Positions 1 through 9,105 of a DNA stretch of 63,200 bases are shown piece after piece; position 1 is the stretch's first letter; every line of letters starts with the position of its first letter. The notes beneath the pieces are model-generated. The model was not told where the DNA came from. It worked only from the letters and a program-made list of their open reading frames with translations, and did no database searches. Source of the stretch: an uncultured Erysipelotrichaceae bacterium (GTDB lineage Bacteria; Bacillota_I; Bacilli_A; RF39; UBA660); assembly GCA_902786275.1 (NCBI GenBank), contig CADACC010000003.1, positions 1 through 63,200 on the forward strand. Direction: 5' to 3'. A program made the translations under genes and the position numbers.

Positions 1-1
1 T

Positions 2-406
2 ATGAACTATGACAAAATAGGTGAGTTCATATCTGAAAAAAGAAAAGAAAAAAATTTAACACAATTAGATCTTGCTAAAAAACTAGGTGTAACTGATAAG
101 GCAGTATCTAAATGGGAAAGAGGTCTTGGTTGCCCTGATATATCTATTTTAGAAGTTCTTGCTAAAGAACTTGATGTATCAGTATTGGAACTTTTAAAAG
201 GGAGAAAAATTGAAAATGAAGTTATTAAGGTAACTGAAGCAGATGACTATGTTAAAGGTTCATTTCAAGTTTCTAATAAGATAAATACAGAAAAAAATAT
301 AAGAAATTATAGCATTATTATTTCAATCCTAATTATCTGTATTTCATCTTTTTTACTCATAACTAATTTTAGACATTATTTTGATGTTTCAAAGAAAGTT
401 ATCTAA
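2..406 (+). CDS. XRE-family HTH regulator with one TM helix; N-terminal part of a gene apparently split by a frameshift
   Basis: HTH motif NLTQLDLAKKLGVTDKAVSKWERG; TM segment YSIIISILIICISSFLLITNF. The first ~90 aa are near-identical to the 321-aa paralog at 1391..2356. The ORF stops in an A-rich run (caaagaaagtt, ~392-402). Confidence 0.6.
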   Translation: MNYDKIGEFISEKRKEKNLTQLDLAKKLGVTDKAVSKWERGLGCPDISILEVLAKELDVSVLELLKGRKIENEVIKVTEADDYVKGSFQVSNKINTEKNIRNYSIIISILIICISSFLLITNFRHYFDVSKKVI

Positions 407-848
407 AGAAGATTATGAAAACTTTAAGGAAAGTATGGACTATGTATATGAATATTATAAAAATGATGATTTTATAAGATTAAATACAAAATTAACTATG
501 TCAGAATTTTGGATATTATTTGATAATCACTTTGTTGGTACACCACCTATGGTCCCGAGTATTGTTCTACTCAATATGGATAAATCCGTCACATTTAAAA
601 ACCTACATGATCAATTTATATCTAGTAAAATGATTTTATTAACCGCTGGAAGAGCTTTTGATAATTTTTATAATAGTTATTTCTTTAAACCCTTAAATGC
701 AAGTTACGCTGTTTCTGGTAGTGCTTGGGAGCTCGATAATGATGTTTATATGGTTTATATAAATACTACTTGGGGAGATAGACAATATCTTAGTGCTATT
801 AACAACTTATTTGATGTATTATTTGAAGGTGGTGTAATTTATGAATAA
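381..848 (+). CDS. C-terminal (extracytoplasmic) part of the split HTH-TM-sensor gene; could be an independent ORF starting at ATG 384
   Basis: Open in the +1 frame relative to 2..406. Its length and position match the C-terminal domain of 1391..2356, and both end with a similar ...E(G/A)G..E tail. No convincing SD of its own. Confidence 0.4.
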   Translation: MMFQRKLSKEDYENFKESMDYVYEYYKNDDFIRLNTKLTMSEFWILFDNHFVGTPPMVPSIVLLNMDKSVTFKNLHDQFISSKMILLTAGRAFDNFYNSYFFKPLNASYAVSGSAWELDNDVYMVYINTTWGDRQYLSAINNLFDVLFEGGVIYE

Positions 849-1302
849 GTTTTTTAAATACTTGCGCATATTAATAATTATTACATTAACTGTATTTATC
901 TCGATATTTATGTTTAAAACAATAAGATGTGTTAAGAAAATTGAAGAATATAATATCTCATATCAAATTATTAGTTTATGTATTTGTTTTATTATTTATC
1001 TTGCTTTAAATATTAAAGATTTAATAAAAAGGGATAAAATAAATAATAATACTAGATATAATATATTGAGTTGTGTTGCGCTATTAATAATATCATTATT
1101 ATTTATTAGAGCATTATATGATCCATCGTTTATTGCTAATGTAAAAAATTATAAAGTTGGCCGAGTAGTAAATACTGGAAAAATATATTATAATTACTTT
1201 TTTCAATATAATATTATGTATATTGAATCTAATGTCATATATATTGATTTATTGTTAATACTATTAATTTTATATAGATTTGTTAATAGAAAAAAGCACT
1301 AA
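841..1302 (+). CDS. Small multi-pass membrane protein (unknown family)
   Basis: ATGA overlap with the upstream ORF; 4 predicted hydrophobic helices; paralog of 2359..2808 (shared N(T/I)RYN(I/L)L motif). Confidence 0.55.
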   Translation: MNKFFKYLRILIIITLTVFISIFMFKTIRCVKKIEEYNISYQIISLCICFIIYLALNIKDLIKRDKINNNTRYNILSCVALLIISLLFIRALYDPSFIANVKNYKVGRVVNTGKIYYNYFFQYNIMYIESNVIYIDLLLILLILYRFVNRKKH

Positions 1303-1316
1303 ATAGTGCTTTTTTA
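1291..1316 (+). terminator. Rho-independent terminator
   Basis: AAAAAGCACT aaat AGTGCTTTTT hairpin overlapping the stop codon, followed by a T-run. Confidence 0.75.
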
Positions 1317-1390
1317 TATGTAAATGAAGAATCGATTTACAAATTTGTATAAGTTTCTGTATAATCAAACTATAGAGTAGGAGGAAATAT

Positions 1391-2356
1391 ATGAACTATG
1401 ATAAAATAGGTGAGTTCATAAGTTTAAAAAGAAAAGAAAAAAATTTAACTCAAAGAGATTTAGCAAAAAAAATTGGTGTAACTGATAAAGCGGTTTCAAG
1501 ATGGGAAAGAGGTCTTGGTTGTCCTGATATATCTATTTTAGAAGTTCTTGCTAAAGAACTTGATGTATCAGTATTGGAACTTTTAAAGGGAAGAAAAATA
1601 GAAAATGAAGTTATTAAGGTAACTGAAGCAGATGACTACGTAAAAGAATCATTTAAAGTATCTAAAGATATAACTAGAAATAAATTTTTAAATATTATTT
1701 CAGAAGTTTTATTTTATCTTGTTGTATTTATTTCGGTATTCTTTATCGGCTTAAGTATTAAGAATTATCTAAATCTTTCGAAAAAAGAACAAGTTTATTT
1801 AATGGATATTAAAAACGACTCTTTTGAAAAAGCTTTAAAAGATTTAAAGCAAAACATTGAAATAATAAAAACGAATAGAGGAATATTAACTTTGGATGAG
1901 CAGCAGGTTTTAGTTAGGGACTTAGAAAAATTTGTTGATTATTATGAAAACGATTACTTTGTTTCTAAATTATCAGAAGGTAAATATACAATTAATGATA
2001 TTTTACTTTTATTCTTAGATGATATATATTCAACAAGATACCCAGTAGATTTGGTATCTGATATTGGATCAATTTATGAAAATCATAAATTAGAAAGTGG
2101 TTATTTTAGACATGCAATAATAAGTACAATGGTTAGAAGAAACATAATTGAAGAGGAATTATTTAATTATTATTTTGAAAAATTAAAGTATTTTGAATTT
2201 AGATCTTCAAACTCTCTTGAAGGGTATAACTATGAAGAATTTTCACCAGAAGACTTACCATTAACTAATATTATACTTGGATTTACAAGTGTTAATACTT
2301 ATTTTATTGATACATATAACTTATTAATTAAAACGATCATTGAGGCAGGTGAATAG
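1391..2356 (+). CDS. Membrane-anchored XRE-family HTH regulator with extracytoplasmic C-terminal domain
   Basis: SD AGGAGG upstream; HTH NLTQRDLAKKIGVTDKAVSRWERG; TM LFYLVVFISVFFIGLSI; ~190-aa C-terminal domain of unknown family. Confidence 0.7.
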   Translation: MNYDKIGEFISLKRKEKNLTQRDLAKKIGVTDKAVSRWERGLGCPDISILEVLAKELDVSVLELLKGRKIENEVIKVTEADDYVKESFKVSKDITRNKFLNIISEVLFYLVVFISVFFIGLSIKNYLNLSKKEQVYLMDIKNDSFEKALKDLKQNIEIIKTNRGILTLDEQQVLVRDLEKFVDYYENDYFVSKLSEGKYTINDILLLFLDDIYSTRYPVDLVSDIGSIYENHKLESGYFRHAIISTMVRRNIIEEELFNYYFEKLKYFEFRSSNSLEGYNYEEFSPEDLPLTNIILGFTSVNTYFIDTYNLLIKTIIEAGE

Positions 2357-2358
2357 TA

Positions 2359-2808
2359 ATGGATAAATTTATTAAAATAATTAAATATATATTACTTATA
2401 ACATTATTAGTTTTTATAGGATTATTTATATATAAATATTATTTAGAGTATCCTATGAAGAAAACGAATATTACTATAACTGCTGAAGTTGTTGTAATGT
2501 TTATATCACTAATAATATTATTTATTATTAATATATTAGATTTATTATCTAAAAAACATAAAGTGAGAAATATAAATAGGTATAATCTATTAACTGTTAT
2601 AAGCTTAGTTCCAATAAATCTTATATTCTTTAGAATGCTATTTGATAACACTCTTTTATCAAATGTTCAACCAACTCAATATATAACTAAGGAGTTCTTA
2701 CTTCAAAATGGTTATTTATTTATTGATAATAATTCGATTGTAATAATCATTATCGTTACACTTCTTTTAATTTATAGATGTATTAATCTTAAAAAAAGCA
2801 CTAAGTAG
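2359..2808 (+). CDS. Small multi-pass membrane protein (paralog of 841..1302)
   Basis: Starts 2 nt after the upstream stop; 4 hydrophobic helices; similar to 841..1302. Confidence 0.6.
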   Translation: MDKFIKIIKYILLITLLVFIGLFIYKYYLEYPMKKTNITITAEVVVMFISLIILFIINILDLLSKKHKVRNINRYNLLTVISLVPINLIFFRMLFDNTLLSNVQPTQYITKEFLLQNGYLFIDNNSIVIIIIVTLLLIYRCINLKKSTK

Positions 2809-2819
2809 TGCTTTTTTTT
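2791..2819 (+). terminator. Rho-independent terminator
   Basis: AAAAAAAGCACT aagt AGTGCTTTTTTT. Confidence 0.75.
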
Positions 2820-2842
2820 ATTGATTAATCATACACTTTATT

Positions 2843-4747
2843 ATGAACTATGAATCTATTTATAAAAGAGAAAGAATTGTTTTAATAGTTGTTATTATTA
2901 TTTTTATAAGTATTGCAGTAAAGATATTTTATGTAGAGTTTATTGATTATAAAAAAATCAATAAACTTGCTAATGACTTATGGAGTCGTAATTTACCTAT
3001 AACATCTGATAGAGGTTCAATTTTAGATCGTAATGGTAAAGTTTTAGCAGGCAATGTTACAACAACTTCTTTATATATAATTCCAAAGCAAGTTAAAGAT
3101 AAAGAATATACTGCTAAAAAGTTATCTGAAATACTAAATGTTTCTTATGGTGAAATATACAAGCATGTATCTAAAAATTCATCTATAGAAAAAGTTCATC
3201 CAGAAGGTAGAAGACTTGATGATAAAGTATCTAAAAAAATTGATAAATTGAAGCTTGATGGTGTTTATTTACTTAAAGAAAGTAAAAGATATTATCCATA
3301 TAAAAATACTTTATCTCATGTTCTTGGTTATGTTGGTATTGATAATCAAGGATTATCTGGGCTTGAATCTGTTTATAATAACTATTTAACGGGAACTAGT
3401 GGTGCTATTAAATATATTTCAGATGGAAAAGGTAATAAACTTAATTTAAGTGAGAAATATAATGAACCATATAATGGACTTAATCTTGTTTTAACAATTG
3501 ATTTAGATTTACAACTAGCAATAGAAAATGAGCTTGATATAGCAATGAGTAAATATAATCCAGATAATGCATTAATTGTTGCTATGAATCCTCAAACAGG
3601 AGAAGTTCTTGGTATGGGTTCTAGACCTTCTTTTGATTCTAATAATTATCAAAAATATGATATTGAAACTATTAATAGAAATTTACCGATATGGAAAACA
3701 TATGAACCTGGTTCTACTTTCAAAATAATTACATATGCTGCATCAATTGAAGAAAATGTTGTTAATATATTTGATGATACTTTTTATGATACAGGTAAAA
3801 TAAAAGTTGCAAATGCAACACTACATTGTTGGAAACATGAAGGTCATGGACTTCAAACATATTTGGAAGTAATTCAAAATTCATGTAATCCAGGTTTTGT
3901 TACTCTTGGTCAAAAACTTGGTAAAGAAAGACTCATGAAATATATTAAAAAATTTGGTTTTGGTGAAAAAACAGGGATTGATTTAAATGGTGAAGAAAAT
4001 GGTATTTTATTTAAAGAAGAGAAAATGGGTGAAGTAGAACTTGCAACTACAGCATTTGGTCAAGGTATATCAGTTACTCCAATACAACAAGTTAAAGCTG
4101 TAAGTGCTGCAATAAATGGAGGGAATTTATATACTCCTTATATTGTTAAAGGAATTGAAGAACCATTTTCACATGAATTTATTTATGAAAAGAAGAAAAA
4201 TTTAGAAAGAAAAGTAATAAGTAAAGAAACAAGTTCTTTACTAAGATATGCTCTTGAAACTGTAGTTGCATATGGTACAGGTCATAATGCATATTTAGAA
4301 GAATATAGAATAGGTGGAAAAACAGGAACGGCTCAAAAGGTAAAAAATGGCGTATATATGGATGGAAATTATATATTATCTTTTATTGGATTTATGCCTG
4401 CTGACGACCCTAAAATAGTATTATATGTTGCAATTGATCATCCTCATAATACTGTTCAGTATGGTGGTACTGTTGCTGCTCCAATTGCAAAAAACATTTT
4501 TAAAAGTGCAACTAAAATACTTGGTATTAAGAAAAGTAAGGATGCCTTACCAAAAGAGTACTCATGGCTTGATGAAAAATATGTTTTAGTTCCAGATGTT
4601 TTAAATTTAAATGTAAAAGAAGCTAAAAAGCTTCTTAAGAGTTTTAAAGTAAATTATGTTGGAACAGGTGATAGAGTTATAAATCAAATGCCTCATGCAA
4701 ATACTATGACTAAAGAATATGGAGATATAGTTTTATATTTAAACTAA
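2843..4747 (+). CDS. Class B penicillin-binding protein (FtsI/PBP2B/SpoVD type transpeptidase) with C-terminal PASTA domain
   Basis: N-terminal TM anchor; SxxK (GSTFK), SxN (NSCN) and KTG (GKTGTA) motifs; PASTA-like tail VPDVLNLNVKEAKKLL. Confidence 0.9.
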   Translation: MNYESIYKRERIVLIVVIIIFISIAVKIFYVEFIDYKKINKLANDLWSRNLPITSDRGSILDRNGKVLAGNVTTTSLYIIPKQVKDKEYTAKKLSEILNVSYGEIYKHVSKNSSIEKVHPEGRRLDDKVSKKIDKLKLDGVYLLKESKRYYPYKNTLSHVLGYVGIDNQGLSGLESVYNNYLTGTSGAIKYISDGKGNKLNLSEKYNEPYNGLNLVLTIDLDLQLAIENELDIAMSKYNPDNALIVAMNPQTGEVLGMGSRPSFDSNNYQKYDIETINRNLPIWKTYEPGSTFKIITYAASIEENVVNIFDDTFYDTGKIKVANATLHCWKHEGHGLQTYLEVIQNSCNPGFVTLGQKLGKERLMKYIKKFGFGEKTGIDLNGEENGILFKEEKMGEVELATTAFGQGISVTPIQQVKAVSAAINGGNLYTPYIVKGIEEPFSHEFIYEKKKNLERKVISKETSSLLRYALETVVAYGTGHNAYLEEYRIGGKTGTAQKVKNGVYMDGNYILSFIGFMPADDPKIVLYVAIDHPHNTVQYGGTVAAPIAKNIFKSATKILGIKKSKDALPKEYSWLDEKYVLVPDVLNLNVKEAKKLLKSFKVNYVGTGDRVINQMPHANTMTKEYGDIVLYLN

Positions 4748-4834
4748 TGTCAATAACTGTAAAATATTTTTTAAGGTAAAGTAATAAGGATGGTATTTAT
4801 AGTATAATAAGGAGTACAAAGGAAGAGGTGTAAT

Positions 4835-5827
4835 ATGCTTATTTTAGCTAAAGCAGCACTTGCTATGATGCTGGGATTCGGTATATCTATTATTTCTGGA
4901 TTAATAATTGTTCCTTTATTAAAAAAATATAAAATGGGTCAAAATGTTAGTCATACAGTTGGTGAAAGACATATAAGAAAACAAGGAACACCAACTATGG
5001 GTGGATTAATATTTATTATTCCAACTTTACTTGCAATGCTCTTTTTATATTTGCATGGAAGTATTTCTTATAGTCACAATTTACTTATTTTAATATTTGT
5101 ATTTATATCTTACGCTGTACTAGGTGGAGTAGATGATTATATCAAAATAAAACAAAAGAATAATAAAGGTATTTCAATATTTACTAAGTTCTTATTACAA
5201 ATGGTAATAGCTTTAGTATTTTTCTACATCTTTATGAAAAATGGTGGAGAACCAACACTTACTATTTCATTTTTACATTTAGAAATACCTATGGGTTGGA
5301 CATTTGGTTTATTTATATTATTTTTACTTGTTGGTTCATCAAATGCAGTTAATATAACTGATGGTCTTGATGGACTTGCTGGTGGACTTTCTGCTATAGC
5401 TTTTGTTGCATTTGGTATTATTGCATGGAATACAACATGGATGGAAGGTTATCAAGAAGTCGGAGTTTTTTCATTTTGTTTAGTTGGAAGTTTACTTGGA
5501 TTTTTAATATTTAATACTCATCCTGCTAAAGTATTTATGGGTGATTTAGGTTCTCTTGCACTTGGTGGTGCACTTGCAACTATTGCTGTAATTACAAGAC
5601 ATGAAATATCACTTGCTTTAATTGGTGGTATATTTGTTGTTGAAACTTTATCATCGCTTATTCAAATTATTGCAATTACTAAGTTTCATAGAAAAGTATT
5701 CTTAAGAGCTCCACTTCATCACCATTTTGAAGTACTAGGATGGGATGAAAGAGACATTGTTAAAATGTTTTGGACAATTGGACTTCTTCTTGCTATGGCT
5801 GCAATAACATATGGAGTATGGTTATAA
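4835..5827 (+). CDS. mraY: Phospho-N-acetylmuramoyl-pentapeptide transferase
   Basis: 10-TM protein with NAVNITDGLDGLA, GDLGSLALGG and PLHHHFE motifs. Confidence 0.95.
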   Translation: MLILAKAALAMMLGFGISIISGLIIVPLLKKYKMGQNVSHTVGERHIRKQGTPTMGGLIFIIPTLLAMLFLYLHGSISYSHNLLILIFVFISYAVLGGVDDYIKIKQKNNKGISIFTKFLLQMVIALVFFYIFMKNGGEPTLTISFLHLEIPMGWTFGLFILFLLVGSSNAVNITDGLDGLAGGLSAIAFVAFGIIAWNTTWMEGYQEVGVFSFCLVGSLLGFLIFNTHPAKVFMGDLGSLALGGALATIAVITRHEISLALIGGIFVVETLSSLIQIIAITKFHRKVFLRAPLHHHFEVLGWDERDIVKMFWTIGLLLAMAAITYGVWL

Positions 5828-5967
5828 GATACATCCTCAGATGTCAGATATTTTAATTTATTTTTAAGATGTAATATTGAAGGAAATAGATTATTAAGAT
5901 AGGAAGCATTTATGAACGAAATGAATTTCTAATTAAAATATCTGACATCTCAAAATGTATCTTTTTT
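5828..5967 (+). repeat. Long imperfect inverted repeat (31-nt arms, ~72-nt spacer) followed by a T-run; an oversized terminator, a structured RNA or a MITE-like relic
   Basis: gatacatcctcagatgtcagatattttaatt (5828-5858) versus aattaaaatatctgacatctcaaaatgtatc (5931-5961). 27/31 positions are complementary, then TTTTTTT. Confidence 0.6.
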
Positions 5968-6051
5968 TGATGTCTTGAAAGGTATTATAGTTTTAAAAAA
6001 ATATAATTCAATAGATTCGACAAAACATATCAAAATATTCTTGCATTAATT

Positions 6052-6080
6052 AAAAAAGAAACCTTTAAATAAGGTTTCTT
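6052..6080 (-). terminator. Rho-independent terminator of the minus-strand glycan genes
   Basis: AGAAACC tttaaataa GGTTTCT hairpin; on the minus strand it is followed by TTTTTT. Confidence 0.7.
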
Positions 6081-7394
6081 TTATTCTGTAAGATATTTTT
6101 CATTTACAAGTAGAGTAATTATTAATGCAACAAATATACTTGCTGTTGGGGCATTTATAATGTGACCTGAAAATACTGCAAGAAGCATTGTTAAAATAAT
6201 ACTTAATTTCATTTCTTTTGCTATTAAATCTTTATTTCTATCTTTAAATGCTTTAATAATAAATGAAATAAAGATGCTAAAATAAATTATTGAACCAATA
6301 AGACCATGTCTTAATAAGATATCAAAATAATCTATTTCAATAGTTTTTAAACTTATGTTATCTTTTCCATAGTTTTCAATATATCCCATACCTGCAATTT
6401 TTTCTTGGATAGGAGTTTTCTTAAAGTTTTTAAATGAATCATTTAAAAATGTTAATCTTTGACTAAATATAAAGTGATCAACTAAATGATAACTTGTAAA
6501 TACTTCAGTGTAGTGATTAATTCCTAAGAATTTTTTATGTATTTCTATATTCTTATAAAACGAAGTTTTAGGAACTACGATTATGCCTGATATTAAACAT
6601 ATAATAAGAGCTGATAAACCAATACCAATGAATTTATATTTTTTCTCTTTTATCCATTTAATTAAATAATATATTGCGTGGTATATAACTACAATAGCTA
6701 TTCCAAGTATTGGAACTTTAGTTCCAATACTAAATGATACATAAAGAGTAGATATTGTGATAAATAGTTTTATAAGGATGTTTGATTTAGATTTTATTAT
6801 ATAGTAAATAATAAATGGCATTAATATACATAAAATATTTCCAACTGCATTAGCACTTAAGAACCAACCAACTGATCCAACTTTAGAGTGATAATAACTT
6901 TTAAAACCTGTGTGGGTTAAGTTAGGAATCATTACTAAAATAATGTAAGTTAAAAATATATATAATATTGTTTTAATATCTATTTTTATATCTTCTTCTT
7001 TAATTACACTATTTAAAAATAGTAGTTCAAATATGATGTAGTAGGTATTTATTGCATTTTTCATTTCATACGAAAATGCAGGAGTACCTTTATCAACTAA
7101 TATGATAAATCCAAATAATCCTAGATAAAGAATTGTTAGGATTATTTTTTTAATATTTTTTTCTTTACTAATAAATACTGTATAGTACACTGAAAATATT
7201 AAAAATAATAATCTAATTATTGAACCTACTGAATAATTTGTTACTTTATATGATATTTGAAGGGAAGATATGATATCGATTACTGGTTGACTAAATAAAA
7301 AAATGAGTAAAATAAGTTTAATGTTTTTCTTTAAAAAACGATTAATTCTTTCCATATTTTTCCTCATTAAATTTTTTCCATGCCATTTCTTCAT
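6081..7394 (-). CDS. O-antigen ligase/polymerase-like (Wzy_C family) polytopic membrane protein
   Basis: About 11 hydrophobic helices. KVGSVGWFLSANAVGNILCILMP resembles the R..G.f.npN.lg motif of the O-antigen ligase family. The true start may be the MERINRF Met at 7355. Confidence 0.55.
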   Translation of the reverse strand: MKKWHGKNLMRKNMERINRFLKKNIKLILLIFLFSQPVIDIISSLQISYKVTNYSVGSIIRLLFLIFSVYYTVFISKEKNIKKIILTILYLGLFGFIILVDKGTPAFSYEMKNAINTYYIIFELLFLNSVIKEEDIKIDIKTILYIFLTYIILVMIPNLTHTGFKSYYHSKVGSVGWFLSANAVGNILCILMPFIIYYIIKSKSNILIKLFITISTLYVSFSIGTKVPILGIAIVVIYHAIYYLIKWIKEKKYKFIGIGLSALIICLISGIIVVPKTSFYKNIEIHKKFLGINHYTEVFTSYHLVDHFIFSQRLTFLNDSFKNFKKTPIQEKIAGMGYIENYGKDNISLKTIEIDYFDILLRHGLIGSIIYFSIFISFIIKAFKDRNKDLIAKEMKLSIILTMLLAVFSGHIINAPTASIFVALIITLLVNEKYLTE

Positions 7395-7872
7395 CCATAT
7401 CTGGAGATTCTTTTCTCATTTTTATATATTCATCAAATTTTCCAATTACTTTAGCAGGAACTCCAGCAACAACTGAATTTTCAGGAACATCTTTTGTTAC
7501 AACAGAACCAGCGCCAATAATAGCATTAGGTCCTATTTTAACTCCTGATAAAATAGTTGAATTTGAACCAATAAATACATTATCTAATACTTCAATACAT
7601 CCACACATATATCCCGCATAACCATCATTCATATTATTTATTACATTATGTATTAAATCGTGATTAATAAATGTAACACCAGATGCAACGGATACGTTAT
7701 TATGAAATTTAATTAATTCTGGGTCTGATGGTATAAGTCTAGGTTGATAAAAAAAGTTTTCACCAACTTCTTTGAAAATATTATGTTTTACGATATATTT
7801 TGTTCTTTTTTTGCTATCAAAAATTAATGCAATACGTAATCTTTTTAGTTGTTTTTTCTTATAAGTTTTCAT
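7342..7872 (-). CDS. Hexapeptide-repeat (LbH) sugar O-acetyltransferase
   Basis: NVFIGSNSTILSGVKIGPNAIIGAGSVVTKDVPENSVVAGVPAKVI left-handed beta-helix repeats. Confidence 0.8.
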   Translation of the reverse strand: MKTYKKKQLKRLRIALIFDSKKRTKYIVKHNIFKEVGENFFYQPRLIPSDPELIKFHNNVSVASGVTFINHDLIHNVINNMNDGYAGYMCGCIEVLDNVFIGSNSTILSGVKIGPNAIIGAGSVVTKDVPENSVVAGVPAKVIGKFDEYIKMRKESPDMDEEMAWKKFNEEKYGKN

Positions 7873-7962
7873 TTATATCGACTCCAATATTTCTTTATAA
7901 TTTTATCATAAGTAGACTTTTGATACAATCATATATTTTGGTCTTATTTAATACGATTTATT

Positions 7963-9051
7963 ATGGAAAAAGAGAAGAAAATAATAATAGGTGTATCAAT
8001 AGTTTTATCATTGCTAGGACTTTTTATGATTTATTCATCTAGTTATGTATGGTCAGAGTTTAAATTTGGTAATAAATATCACTATGCATTATACCAAGGT
8101 ATATTTTTACTTATTGGTTTAGTTATTTATAGACTCATTTTAAACATTAATTTGGATTTTATTAAGAAAAATATTAATAAATTATTACTAGTTGGTATTA
8201 TTATGCTTATACTAGTCTCGATTCCTGGAATAGGGGTTTTAAGGAATGGATCAAGATCATGGTTTAAATTAGGCCCTTTTAGTTTTCAACCAAGTGAGTT
8301 TATAAAAATAGTTTTAATTATATTTACATCAAAGTACTTAGAAAAATATCATACAAAAATAAATAATATAAAATCATATTTACTGCCAATTTTATTTATG
8401 TTATTTTTTATAATTCTTTTAATTATGCTTGAACCAGACTTTGGTAGTTCTTTTATTATTATTTCTACTATTGCATTAATGATATTTATTTCAGGACTTA
8501 AAAGTAAAATTATTTTGTATTCTGTTTTATTTGCACTTTTTGGGTTTGCTGGTTTAATTATTGCAGCACCATATAGAGTACTTAGAATAATATCTTTTAT
8601 TAATCCATGGAGTGATCCTTTAGGGTCAGGTTATCAAATTATACAATCACTTTATGCAATATCTCCAGGAGGACTTTTTGGTCAAGGATTATTTTTATCA
8701 AGACAAAAACATTTTTATTTACCTGAACCACAAACTGATTTTATATTTTCTATTATTTGTGAAGAATTAGGTATTATTACTGCAGTTTTAATTTTAATTT
8801 TATTTTTTTTGTTAATTTATAATATTTTTAAAGTTAGCTATAAACAAAGTAATCTATTTTATAAATTCTTATCTTTTGGAATAGGGGCAGTTTTATCTGT
8901 TCAAACCTTAATTAATCTATCTGTTGTGGTTGGTAATATACCTGTTACTGGGGTTACACTTCCATTTTTTAGTTATGGTGGATCAAGTTTAATTACAACA
9001 ATTGTTTGCATAAGTATTATTATTAATATAATAAATAGAACAAATGTTTGA
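7963..9051 (+). CDS. ftsW: SEDS-family peptidoglycan glycosyltransferase (FtsW/RodA/SpoVE)
   Basis: 10-TM protein; motifs EPDFGS, PEPQTDFIFS and LPFFSYGGSS. Confidence 0.85.
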   Translation: MEKEKKIIIGVSIVLSLLGLFMIYSSSYVWSEFKFGNKYHYALYQGIFLLIGLVIYRLILNINLDFIKKNINKLLLVGIIMLILVSIPGIGVLRNGSRSWFKLGPFSFQPSEFIKIVLIIFTSKYLEKYHTKINNIKSYLLPILFMLFFIILLIMLEPDFGSSFIIISTIALMIFISGLKSKIILYSVLFALFGFAGLIIAAPYRVLRIISFINPWSDPLGSGYQIIQSLYAISPGGLFGQGLFLSRQKHFYLPEPQTDFIFSIICEELGIITAVLILILFFLLIYNIFKVSYKQSNLFYKFLSFGIGAVLSVQTLINLSVVVGNIPVTGVTLPFFSYGGSSLITTIVCISIIINIINRTNV

Positions 9052-9067
9052 CCTTATATGTTAAAAG

Positions 9068-9076
9068 TGCTATAAT
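9068..9076 (+). promoter_or_regulatory. Extended -10 promoter element (TGCTATAAT) for the LRR/HD gene pair
   Basis: TGCTATAAT sits 30 nt upstream of the ATG at 9106. Confidence 0.45.
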
Positions 9077-9105
9077 ATTTCGCGATGTAAGGGGTGGTCT
9101 TACAT

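Larger units (their letters stand above)
1..1316 (+). repeat. Tandem duplication unit A (HTH-TM-sensor gene + small membrane protein + terminator); left end runs off the window
   Basis: Same gene order, same N-terminal protein sequence and same terminator (AAAAAGCACT-NNNN-AGTGCTTTTT) as unit B at 1391..2819. Confidence 0.7.
1391..2819 (+). repeat. Tandem duplication unit B (intact copy)
   Basis: Paralogous to 1..1316. nt 1501-1639 are nearly identical to nt 112-250, while the C-terminal halves are strongly diverged. Confidence 0.7.

Noticed and set aside
2439-2651. Antisense or out-of-frame shadow ORFs from the six-frame track: 2439-2651, 7800-8042, 13627-13836, 18891-19169, 23543-23782, 25493-25693, 26157-26423, 29196-29378, 39004-39201, 42950-43225, 43009-43206, 44925-45170, 45862-46098, 47403-47621, 48738-49118, 55533-55721, 58079-58261, 58947-59135, 62230-62445
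   Set aside because: All lie inside or opposite well-supported genes with recognisable motifs. They lack SD sequences and have Ile/Leu/Phe/Ser-rich compositions typical of antisense reading of AT-rich coding DNA.
5912-5932. 6-codon ORF (MNEMNF) with AGGAAG SD inside the loop of the long inverted repeat; also an 18-codon minus-strand ORF (MLPILIIYFLQYYILKIN)
   Set aside because: No downstream + strand gene exists for a leader peptide to regulate. The minus-strand ORF lacks an SD. Such tiny ORFs are expected by chance in AT-rich DNA.
9087-9105. Small hairpin GTAAG-gggtggt-CTTAC covering the SD of the LRR gene as a translational switch
   Set aside because: The stem has only 5 bp and there is no alternative structure or ligand-binding-like element. 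The evidence is insufficient.
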